Assembly (NCBI GenBank): GCA_963769215.1
Contig: CAVYKX010000029.1
Span: 34,058-98,057 of the forward strand
Origin: Candidatus Sulfomarinibacteraceae bacterium
GTDB taxonomy: Bacteria > Acidobacteriota > Thermoanaerobaculia > Thermoanaerobaculales > Sulfomarinibacteraceae
DNA length: 64,000 bases
Direction of reading: 5' to 3'
Part shown: positions 21,223 through 30,166 of the stretch, in pieces
Numbering within the stretch: the first letter of the stretch is position 1
How the letters are laid out: every line of letters starts with the position of its first letter
Program-made: the position numbers and the translations under genes
Notes under the pieces: generated by a model
The model's database searches: none
Told to the model about the DNA's origin: nothing
What the model saw: the letters and a program-made list of their open reading frames with translations, nothing else

Positions 21223-23510
21223 CTTTCTCTGCCTCCGGTTGAAGTCGAAACCCGGATAGTCGATTCGGTGATGATACATGTTGGTCAGCACCCACAGAAA
21301 GGCCGACGCCACCTTGTCGAGCTCCGAAAACGTGAGTTCGCGAATCGTCGAGTTGATCGTCCTCGAGCGCGTTCGAAAAGATCCTGTCGATCATCGCCTG
21401 GATCTTGGTCGGCGTCGGGTTGTCGAGGTCCGCGCCGCCGCCTCCACCGCGTCGGCAAGCAGCAGGATGCCCATCTCCTTGGTGTTGGGGCTCGGTCCTG
21501 GGTAGCGGTAGTCGCTCTCGCGCACCTCCTGATTTCTCGGGTCGCTTTCTTTCCTGGGCCTTGTTGAAGAAGTAGCGAATCAGCTTGGTGCCGTGATGGG
21601 TGGCGATGGCCTGCCGGATCGGCAGCGGGAGCTTTGCCTCGCGGGCCATCTCCAGACCCTCTTTGACGTGACTCTGGATCACCAGGGCGGACATCGATGG
21701 CGCAAGAGCAGTCGTGCGGATTGCCGCCGCGCTGATTCTCGACGAAGTACTCCGGCTTCACCAGCTTGCCGACGTCGTGGTAGTAGGCGCACACCCGCAG
21801 CAGCAGGGCAGTTGGCGCCGACGGCGTCGGCGCCGGCCTCGGCGAGATTGCCGACCGCCAGCGAGTGTTGATAGGTGCCCGGCGCCTCCAGGGACAGGCG
21901 TTTGAGAAGCGGCAGGTTCTGGTTGCGAGAGCTCGAGCAGCCGGGTGTCGGTGGTGATCCCGAAAAGACTCTCGAGGACCGGAAGCAGGAAGGACACGAC
22001 GCCCACGCGACAGGAATCCGCCCACCATCGCGCAACCGGCAGCAAAGCAACACGATCGACGGAGTTTCCGGAAGGCCGCGATAAAGCCCAGAATCAGCAT
22101 CAGGGCCACGTTCGCTCCACCGACGATAACGCCCACGCGGCTCAGTGACGGCCCGGTCCTTGGAGCGTTCAGCGGCGAGGGTCGCCGACCATCCCGAGGC
22201 CAGAGCGTAGACCGCGATCGAGAAATCGCCCCCCAGCAACACCCCGGCAATGCCCGCTGTGCAAACCGCAAAAAGCAGCGCGGGCTGGAATCCCATGAGC
22301 ATCATCACGGTCGAGCGGGCCGGCGGCGAACGGCAGGCCCCAGAGGTACGCTTCCACGGTTGACATAGCAGGCCCCTGGGCATTGAATGCGATGGCATCG
22401 CAAGGTACAGACCCAGCCGATTCGCCAGGGCGAAGACCAGGACCAGGATGTAGATCATCGACAGGCGGCGCCGCGCTTCGACGGGCTGCTGAGGCGTTCA
22501 CCAGACGGCCACCACCCGAGGATCAGCAATGCGACAACCAAGCCTATCCCTGCAACTCTCGCCGTCGTCGCGGTGTCTTGCCGCTGCCGCTGAAAGACCC
22601 GCAGGGTTTCCGCCACCTCCTCGGTGACCGTATCCCCCCGCCGGACAAGAACCTGCCCGCGCCTGAGGTTGCGGGATCTCGGGACCACCTTCTCGGCGGC
22701 CGCGCGGGTCCGCTCGCCGGTTTCCGCACGATTAAAAACGAGATTGGGCGAAATATTGGCCTCGAGAAAATCCGACCGTCGTCTTGATCCATCGGCGCGC
22801 AACCGCCGGCTGCTCGAGAAGCCGTCGCCTGCAGCAACCTGCTCGAGACCCGAACGCACATCGATCACTGCGGAGAGTTCGTTCAGCAGAACCAGCCGTT
22901 CGGCGCCCGAGTCCAAATTCCGTAACGCCACGCCCCGCGTACGCCCGGCGCTCGAGGTCGCGGCGGTCATCGGCGATCCGATCCCTGAAGACCTGTGCTC
23001 ACCACCTCGACCAAAGCCGCTCGAGCCGATCAGAGCATGCCAGACGACTCGAGAATGCGGGCAATCGGATCCGGTATCGCGAAGATCGGTGATGGCGCCG
23101 AGGCTCGCGACCGCATCTTCACCGAACTCCAGTCGGTCCCGGCACGCCGCGAACAGGATCGTAGAACTCTTCTTCGAGCTCCATCTCGCAGACGCGGTTC
23201 GAGATCGTAGACCGGGATAACCGAATCGCGAGCCTCATTGCTCGCTGTCTCTGTCGCCGACTCATCGGGCAGCGTCAGGTCCGACGGGATCACGACGTCG
23301 AAGGTGGCGACATCACCCGGTTGCCAGTCCGGCGGGCCGCTGCCGAGTCGAGGCAGCAGCAAACCACGTACATCCCACGATCGTAATCACCGCCCACAGG
23401 ACGGTATGATCCAGAAGGCCGTCCCACCAGCCGGCGCTCTCCTCGAGACCCCGCTGGATGCGGGTGCCCGAGGCCTTCGCGTCACCCTTGGGAGAACCGT
23501 TGGATTTCAT
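21219..23510 (-). pseudogene. 7TM-receptor HD-domain phosphohydrolase (PgpH/YqfF family), many frame disruptions
   Basis: Collinear fragments in all three frames: N-terminal anchor MKSNG..VLWAVITIVG, extracellular part (GDVATFDVVIPSDL.., VIPVYD), 7TM region, HD domain ([21 protein letters not shown]), and C-terminus NMYHHRIDYP. Confidence 0.75.
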
Positions 23511-24479
23511 GAACGACCGTCTTTCCCGTTCCGGTGAACGCTCTTCCCAGCGCGCATAACGGTCGACCACCTTTTGCACCAGCGGATGTCGAACCACGTC
23601 TCGATGTGTGAATTTGATGAATGCAAAGCCTTTGGCTCCCTCGAAAATATCGAGGGCTTCAACGAGCCCGGAGCTTCTGGCTCCCGGCAGATCGATCTGG
23701 GTGATGTCGCCGGTGATGACGGTTTTCGAGTGAAAGCCCATTCGGGTCAGGAACATCTTCATCTGCTCGTGGGTCGTGTTCTGCGCCTCGTCGAGGATGA
23801 TGAATGCGTCGTTGAGCGTGCGCCCGCGCATGAAGGCCAGAGGAGCGATCTCGATGACCTGCCGTTCGAGCAATTTCGAGACCTTGTCGTACCCGAGAAT
23901 GTCGTACAGAGCGTCGTAGACCGGGCGCAGGTAGGGGTTGACCTTTTCCACCATGTCGCCAGGGAGGAATCCGAGCCGTTCGCCAGCTTCGACGGCCGGC
24001 CGAACGAGCACGATGCGGCGGACTTCTTTGTCCATCAGCGCTGCAGCTGCGAGGGCCACCGCGAGGTAGGTCTTCCCGGTGCCCGCCGGCCCGGTCACAA
24101 ATACGTAGTCGTGGGAGTACACACGGCGGATGAAGAGCCTCTGGTTGAGGTTGCGAGGCATCACGTAATTCTTCAGCGAGCTCGGGATCGAGGCGTCGAG
24201 AAAGAACTCGACCAGATCGGTCTCGGGAGCATCTTCGAGGACCCGCACGCCGGTTCGGTACTCCTCCTTCGTGATGGCACCACCCGACGCCAGCATCTGA
24301 TCAAAGGACGCCAATATTCGGCCGGCAATGGTCTCGGCGTCGCCATCGCCGGACAGCTGGATCTCCGGACCGCGGGCGCGGACTGTGATCCCGAGACGTT
24401 CTTCCAGATAGCGGAGATTTTCGTCCCGCGTCCCGAAGAGTTGCTCGAGATTGGCTTCGTTGACGGTCACGCGCTGCAT
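23507..24479 (-). CDS. phoH: PhoH-like ATPase; stop codon not resolved
   Basis: MQRVTVNEANLEQLFG.., Walker A GPAGTGKTYLAV, ILDEAQN, RHPLVQKVV. The ORF continues in frame into the PgpH N-terminus (to 23313). An ATGA stop/start overlap exists at 23507-23510 in a neighbouring frame. Confidence 0.8.
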
Positions 24480-24756
24480 ATTTATTGCGCCCTTCGCCCG
24501 CCAACAAAAACGCCGCACATCGTCAAACACCCGATTCTCGTGTTCTCGACGAAGGATCGTCTCACGCGATGGTGTACGAAGGCCGTGAGCGAACAAAACC
24601 CACCGAAGAATAGCGAAGCACAACTCTCCCTACAGGTGGTTGGTATCTCGAGATAATACGGCGGTTGTGGGGCTCTCATACTTTTCCAGCCTCGGCGCGG
24701 CGCCGGGTTGAATCGTTCACCTTAGAACCTCTTCGTCACAGCGTCAATTCCAGACC

Positions 24757-25305
24757 CTAGTCCCCGGTCTTCGGACGCCACTCGGTTTCCGGAATTCCGG
24801 ACACGGCGTTGACGTATCGAGCCAGGGTGAACAGAGCATCCGACAAACGGTTCAGGTAGGGGAGCAGGCCGTCGGGCACTTCTCCTCCGGCACCACGGAG
24901 CGCGATGACGCGCCGCTCTGCCCGTCGGCACACAGTACGGGCGACATGCGCGACCCCCGCCGCACGGGCGCCACCGGGGAGGATGAACGATCGAAGTGGT
25001 TCGAGCTTTGCCTCCATGGCATCGATCCACTCTTCCAGAGCCTTCGAATCCCATGAACCCGGCGTAACAGACAATTTGTTTTCGCTGTCCGCGAGGGCGC
25101 TGCCGACCGCGAAAAGGGACTCCTGGATGTGTACCAGCTTCGACTCGATGCCATCCGGCAGATCTTCACATCGAAGATGACCCAGGATCGAACTCAACTC
25201 GTCTACCGTTCCATAGGCCTCGATTCGGATGTGGTCTTTGCCGACCCGCCCACCGGAGAATAGCGAGGTCTCACCCGCATCTCCTGTTTTGGTGTAGATC
25301 TTCAT
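24757..25305 (-). CDS. ATP:cob(I)alamin adenosyltransferase, PduO type
   Basis: 182 aa. MKIYTKTGDAGETSL..G.RV.K....IEAYGTVDEL.., ..FILPGG.. and LNRLSD motifs. Confidence 0.85.
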   Translation of the reverse strand: MKIYTKTGDAGETSLFSGGRVGKDHIRIEAYGTVDELSSILGHLRCEDLPDGIESKLVHIQESLFAVGSALADSENKLSVTPGSWDSKALEEWIDAMEAKLEPLRSFILPGGARAAGVAHVARTVCRRAERRVIALRGAGGEVPDGLLPYLNRLSDALFTLARYVNAVSGIPETEWRPKTGD

Positions 25306-25478
25306 CCGAGCATTCTACTAAAATCACATTTCCAATCGGCGAGATTTTGCATCCATCGGCACTCACGAGCGCGACCTGACGCTGCTGAACGCGGACGTCC
25401 GGAAGCCCTTCTTGGCGATCGGCATCACCATGTCATGCTAATCTTGAAATGGTCCTTTGGGACTCAGGAGGAGTATCG

Positions 25479-26924
25479 GTGGAGCTGAAAGAACTACTGA
25501 TGTTCATGACGAAGAAGGGGGCATCCGATCTTCATCTGAAGCCTATGAGGCCGCCTCTTTTGCGAATTCAGGGCCGCCTCATTCCGATCAAGGCGAACCC
25601 CCTCAAACCTGACGAGGTCGAGCAGATGCTCGGCGAGTTGATGACGCCTGTCCAGAAAGCGCGCTTCGAATCGAATCAGGCGGTGGACATGGGATACGGC
25701 GTCCCCGGAGTGGCCAGGTTCCGCTGCAATATTTTCCTGCAACGCGGCACCATGGCCGCTGTTTTTCGACGGGTTCCCTTCGATATTCTCGGGATCGAGG
25801 ACCTCAACCTTCCGACGGTGATCGAGTCTTTCACGGACTACCCGAGCGGCCTGGTTCTGATCACCGGCCCGACCGGCTCCGGCAAATCGACCTCGCTGGC
25901 CGCGATGATCAACCTCATCGCCAGCGCCCGTCCTTGTCACGTGGTCACCATCGAAGACCCCATCGAGTTCCTCTTCAACGACGACAAGGCGACGATCTCA
26001 CAAAGAGAAGTTGGCACCGACACCCCGTCGTTCGAAGAAGCTCTTCGAAACTGCGTGCGCCAGGACCCGGATGTGATCATGGTCGGTGAGATGCGAGATC
26101 TCGAAACCATGTCGACCGCCATCACCGCCGCCGAAACCGGCCACCTCGTCTTCTCGACCCTCCATACCAACAGTGCGGCACAGACCGTGGACCGGATCAT
26201 CGATTCCTACCCGCCGGACCAGCAGGTCCAGATCCGCAGCCAGCTCGCCCTGGTACTCAGAGCCATCGTTTCGATTCAGCTGATCCAGGACAAGGACGGA
26301 AACCAACGTCTGCCGGCGTGCGAGATCCTTCTCAACTCACCCAAAATCTCAAAACATGTCGAAAACGGCGAGATCAAAGAGATTCATGAGGAAATGGAGA
26401 AATCGGTCAACTTCTATCATATGCAGAGTATGAATCAGTCGTTGATCGCGCTCCTCGCACACAATCGAATTACCTACGAGCAAGCCATTGAGTCCTCGAG
26501 TGATCCGGACGATCTCTCCCTGAAACTGAGAGAGATGTTTCCGACCATCGAGGAACGTTTCAGGGAGGGTGATATGTCACCGTCGCCCGCGGATTTTTCC
26601 CAGATCACCGAACTATTGGAAACCAAACGTCTGTACGAGGAAATGGAGGAGCGCCACAGATCGAAGCTGTCTGAAAAGGACGAGCAGATCGAGGCCCTCG
26701 AAGCCGACCTCACCGCCCTCCGGGAACAGATGCAGGAGACCAACACCGGCACCGACGATCTGCGTCGCGAAGCCGAAATCGCCCGTTCCGAAGTCCAAAG
26801 AGCGCGCGAGGAAGCCCAGCAGAAGATCAACGCGCTCAACGAGCGGATCCGCGATCTCAACCAGCAGCTTCAGAATGGTGGAGGGGGCTCGGCGAAGGGC
26901 AACTCGGGGTTCTTCAAGCGCTGA
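25479..26924 (+). CDS. PilT-like type IV pilus retraction ATPase with about 130 aa C-terminal coiled-coil extension
   Basis: Aligns from VELKELLMFMTKKGASDLHL (compare PilT MDITELLAFSAKQGASDLHL). Walker A GPTGSGKST, Asp box, Walker B VIMVGEMRD, His box TGHLVFSTLHT. AGGAGGA lies 6 nt before GTG 25479; the ORF-track ATG 25449 is an alternative. The tail 26560-26924 is heptad-like and E/R/Q-rich. Confidence 0.8.
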   Translation: MELKELLMFMTKKGASDLHLKPMRPPLLRIQGRLIPIKANPLKPDEVEQMLGELMTPVQKARFESNQAVDMGYGVPGVARFRCNIFLQRGTMAAVFRRVPFDILGIEDLNLPTVIESFTDYPSGLVLITGPTGSGKSTSLAAMINLIASARPCHVVTIEDPIEFLFNDDKATISQREVGTDTPSFEEALRNCVRQDPDVIMVGEMRDLETMSTAITAAETGHLVFSTLHTNSAAQTVDRIIDSYPPDQQVQIRSQLALVLRAIVSIQLIQDKDGNQRLPACEILLNSPKISKHVENGEIKEIHEEMEKSVNFYHMQSMNQSLIALLAHNRITYEQAIESSSDPDDLSLKLREMFPTIEERFREGDMSPSPADFSQITELLETKRLYEEMEERHRSKLSEKDEQIEALEADLTALREQMQETNTGTDDLRREAEIARSEVQRAREEAQQKINALNERIRDLNQQLQNGGGGSAKGNSGFFKR

Positions 26925-26987
26925 CCGTTTCTGCGCCCGTACGGTCGAGATCTATTCGCGCTCGTCGCGACGATCGTGCCCGAGTCC

Positions 26988-27021
26988 TTCGTTCAAACGT
27001 TAGAACGTTCCGACGTTTTCG
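26988..27021. repeat. AACGTT-containing short tandem repeats
   Basis: ttcgttcaaacgttagaacgttccgacgttttcg. Related tracts occur at 16962-17010 and 28488-28523. Confidence 0.7.
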
Positions 27022-27118
27022 ATCAGACCCGGGCTCACCTCATCGAAGGCCAAAATTCCGGTTGATAAAGAGATCGCGGAAGTTCGGCTCTGCTGTAAGA
27101 TAGCTGGCTGGAGGCATT

Positions 27119-28474
27119 TTGAGCGAGGAATCCGGCGAGCGCGCCTTGATCCAGGAGCTGCACGCCCTGCTCCACGACGGGGAAGAGGATGCCCTGCAGA
27201 TCTTTCTGCAACTGGTGCGTCCGGAGGACATCGCCGACTGGCTCGATCTCCTGAACGTCGATGATCGCCAACGGATTGTCAGCGCTCTGGACCACGAAGC
27301 GGCGGGTACCGTCCTCACCGATACCACCGTCTCGATCCGCGCCGAACTCGTCGACGACATCGAGCCCGAGCGGCTCGCGCGAATTGCCGAGGCCCTCCCA
27401 GCTGATGAAGCGGCGGACCTCATCGGCGAGCTTGAAGTAGCCGACTCCGAACAGGTCCTCCACCACATCTCCGCCGAAGACGAAGAAATCCTGCGCACCC
27501 TCCTGACCTACCCGGAGGACACCGCCGGCGGCATCATGAACCCCGAAGTGGTGGCGATGCAGCCCGTCGACACCGTTGACGACGCCATCAGGTTTTTCCG
27601 GTCGGCCGACGAAGACACGGTGACCGCCGCGGTGTACGTCGTGGACGAGGACCATCGCCTGCAGGGATATGTTCGCCTCCGCAGCATGGTGACGGCGAGG
27701 CAGGCGGCGAGGCTCGGCGACATCATGTCGACTGACGTGATCTCGGTTGCCGTCGATGCCGACCAGGAAGAGGTCGCGGACCTCGTCGACAAGTACGACT
27801 TCATGGCGATACCCGTGGTCGATGCATTCAACCGGCTGCTGGGGGCGGTGACGGTAGACGACGTTCTCGACGTCATCGAGGAAGAAGCCACCGAGGACAT
27901 CTACAAGATGGCCGGTTCCTCAGCCGAGGAAGAGGAATCAGAGTCGATACTGCACGTCGCCCGGTATCGGCTCCCATGGCTTCTCGTCTGTTTGGCCGGC
28001 ACCCAACTCTCGTCGTTCGTGCTGGTTTTTGCGTCCCGCGAAGTCAACCTCTACGAACAGATGTCTGTGTTCACGGCAGCGATCATGGCGATGGCCGGCA
28101 ACACTTCACTTCAGTCGTCCACCACGACCGTGCGCCGCCTGGCTCTCGATACGCTCCCCCGGTCGCGCTTCCTGCGACACGTCTTTCGGGAGATCGCTGT
28201 AGCCCTGCTGATGGGCATCGTCTGCGGCGCGGTCGCCACGCTGCTGGCGATCCTGTTCCACAATAATCCGCTCATCGGACTCGCTCTCGGCCCGGCCATG
28301 GCAATCGGCATGTCGGCGGCGAGCATGCTTGGAACCGCCATGCCGATGGTCCTCGACCTTGCCGGCGTCGACCCCGCCGTTGCTTCGGGGCCACTGGTTT
28401 CCACCATCAACGACTCTCTCGCGCTTGCGGTCTACTTCTCGGTTGCAACCGGGATGCTCTTATGGATCGGTTGA
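27119..28474 (+). CDS. mgtE: magnesium transporter MgtE
   Basis: 451 aa. MgtE N-domain, CBS pair (IMNPEVVAM.., IPVVD..LLGAVTVDDVLDVIEEE), and 5-TM C-domain with conserved PLVSTINDSLAL-like segment. Confidence 0.9.
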   Translation: MSEESGERALIQELHALLHDGEEDALQIFLQLVRPEDIADWLDLLNVDDRQRIVSALDHEAAGTVLTDTTVSIRAELVDDIEPERLARIAEALPADEAADLIGELEVADSEQVLHHISAEDEEILRTLLTYPEDTAGGIMNPEVVAMQPVDTVDDAIRFFRSADEDTVTAAVYVVDEDHRLQGYVRLRSMVTARQAARLGDIMSTDVISVAVDADQEEVADLVDKYDFMAIPVVDAFNRLLGAVTVDDVLDVIEEEATEDIYKMAGSSAEEEESESILHVARYRLPWLLVCLAGTQLSSFVLVFASREVNLYEQMSVFTAAIMAMAGNTSLQSSTTTVRRLALDTLPRSRFLRHVFREIAVALLMGIVCGAVATLLAILFHNNPLIGLALGPAMAIGMSAASMLGTAMPMVLDLAGVDPAVASGPLVSTINDSLALAVYFSVATGMLLWIG

Positions 28475-28487
28475 CCGTCTCCGAGCA

Positions 28488-28523
28488 CAACGTTTCAACG
28501 TTTAAACGTTCAACGTTGCGTTC
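28488..28523. repeat. AACGTT octamer tandem repeat between convergent genes
   Basis: caacgtttcaacgtttaaacgttcaacgttgcgttc. Contains the 14 nt perfect palindrome aacgtttaaacgtt, bracketed by ccgagc/gctcgg. Confidence 0.8.
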
Positions 28524-29784
28524 AGACAGGCTCGGGATACCCGAAGAAATAGCCCTGCTGCAGCTCGATGCCGAGTTCCAGGAGGACCTCGGCCTCGGTT
28601 TCAGTCTCGACGCCCTCGGCGATCACGACCGATTGGCTCTCCCGTGCAAAGCCGATGATGGCGGACACCAGATTGCGCTTGATCGGCTCATCCGGCAGGT
28701 CGCGCACCAACATCTTGTCGAGCTTGATGAAATCGGGCTGAAGCTCCGCCAAGACGTGCAGCGAGCTGTACCCGGTCCCCATGTCGTCGATCGCTATACG
28801 GAATCCGTTCTTCCGCAGTTCGGCTACCCGTTCCCGCAAGCGACTCGCACTCTCGGCATAGGTTCTTTCCGTGATCTCGAGCACACACTCGGCTGGCGAT
28901 CGGCCCGCATCCTCGACCCGTCCAGTGAGCCCGCGGCTCTCCGACTCGATGAACTCGAGACCCAGCATCGAGAGGTTGATGAACAGAATCGCGCCGTCCG
29001 GCAGACCTGTGGCGTTCAGGAGCGCGCGATCAACGCACAACAGTTCGACTTCGCCCAAGGTTCCTGCACGTTCGGTGAAGCCGAACAGATTTTCTGCCGA
29101 CTCGAGATAACTGCCTTCCGGCCCACGACTCAGCGCCTCGAATCCGAGGGTTTCCCGATCGGGGACCTTGACGATCGGCTGGAATAGAGTGCGTACGGAA
29201 CCGTTCCGCAGGATCTTCCGAACCTCGTCCAGTCTCGCCTGGTCGAGCGCTTCACCACGGCGATGGAAGTCCTGGCGAGCTTCGAGAATTCCGTTGTAGA
29301 TGGTCCGCTCAACCCGCAGGGCGGGCCGCATCTTGATGACTCCCTGGCCCACCCGGACCGCAATCGACTCGCTTCCGCCGACATCATCGGTGATGGTGAT
29401 GCCTTCGACCAGTGTGTCGTGCAATCGCCCCGCTTCGAAATGGTCTCCGAGAATGACGAGAAAAATATCTCCGCGGACGTTTTCCTGACAGAGCAGGCCC
29501 CCGGAGCCCGCAGCTGCTTCGAGCAATCCGCTGAGGTGCCCCGCGACGCTGCGCAACACCGCGTCGTATCGCTCCCAGCCCACGATCCGCTCGAGGTTCT
29601 GCTCGTGCTCGATCCGGACCAGGAGCACCTGGAGCGCTCCACGCTCGTCCAACATGCGCCGTATCCGATCGATCACTACCGGAAGCGTAGGGAGCTTGGT
29701 CACCGGATCGAAGAGACTGGCGCGATACTGGAGGATTCTCGTCTGTAGCTCGACGGGGTCGGTAGGGGAAAACCTGTTATGCAA
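28522..29784 (-). CDS. c-di-GMP phosphodiesterase: degenerate GGDEF-like domain + EAL domain
   Basis: EALSRGP, LFINLS, EITER, DDMGTGYSSL, KLDK, AEGVETE, QGYFFGYP. Proposed TTG start at 29784 overlaps the response-regulator stop; the longer ORF to 29946 overlaps that gene. Confidence 0.8.
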   Translation of the reverse strand: MHNRFSPTDPVELQTRILQYRASLFDPVTKLPTLPVVIDRIRRMLDERGALQVLLVRIEHEQNLERIVGWERYDAVLRSVAGHLSGLLEAAAGSGGLLCQENVRGDIFLVILGDHFEAGRLHDTLVEGITITDDVGGSESIAVRVGQGVIKMRPALRVERTIYNGILEARQDFHRRGEALDQARLDEVRKILRNGSVRTLFQPIVKVPDRETLGFEALSRGPEGSYLESAENLFGFTERAGTLGEVELLCVDRALLNATGLPDGAILFINLSMLGLEFIESESRGLTGRVEDAGRSPAECVLEITERTYAESASRLRERVAELRKNGFRIAIDDMGTGYSSLHVLAELQPDFIKLDKMLVRDLPDEPIKRNLVSAIIGFARESQSVVIAEGVETETEAEVLLELGIELQQGYFFGYPEPV

Positions 29785-30166
29785 CGGTCTCACCTCGGGA
29801 TGCCGCCAGGAGCTGCCGAACCTGGCGCACGAGCTCGCGGGGTGAGAAGGGCTTGCAGATATAAGCGTTGGCTCCGAGCTGCAGGGTTCCGAGTTGGTCC
29901 TGATGTCCGCTGCGCGCGCTGACCACCAGTACCGGGACCGACGCACCTTTGGGATCGATCCTGAGAAGCTTGAGAAGTTCCATTCCGTCGAGGTCCGGCA
30001 TCATCAGGTCGAGCAGAACCAAATCGGGAGGATCGTCCAATAAGCGGGCGAGGGCGGAGCGCCCATCGGTATCCGTGTCCACCTCGAACCCGTCCGACTT
30101 CAAAATCGTCGCCAGCAGGTCCACCATGTCAGGTTCGTCATCAACCACGAAAACGCGCGCCATCAC
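29777..30166 (-). CDS. single-domain response regulator (CheY-like receiver)
   Basis: VFVVDDEPDM.., LVLLDLMMPDLDG (phospho-acceptor Asp), VLVVSA, YICKPFSP. Confidence 0.85.
   Translation of the reverse strand: MMARVFVVDDEPDMVDLLATILKSDGFEVDTDTDGRSALARLLDDPPDLVLLDLMMPDLDGMELLKLLRIDPKGASVPVLVVSARSGHQDQLGTLQLGANAYICKPFSPRELVRQVRQLLAASRGETVA

Noticed and set aside
23313-24623. 436 aa ORF as a genuine PhoH-PgpH fusion with an N-terminal extension
   Set aside because: The first 48 codons precede a well-aligned PhoH start (MQRVTVNE..). The last 65 codons are the PgpH N-terminal membrane anchor, whose continuation lies in another frame. An ATGA stop/start overlap exists one frame away. The neighbouring region is full of indels, so read-through is more likely an artefact than a fusion.
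26925-27118. M-box riboswitch in the mgtE leader; likewise a preQ1 riboswitch upstream of queC (57010-57215) and a cobalamin riboswitch near the PduO-type gene
   Set aside because: I could not recognise the conserved cores of these riboswitch classes by eye. The queC leader is occupied by repeat modules. An Infernal/Rfam scan would be decisive, but I do not claim them.
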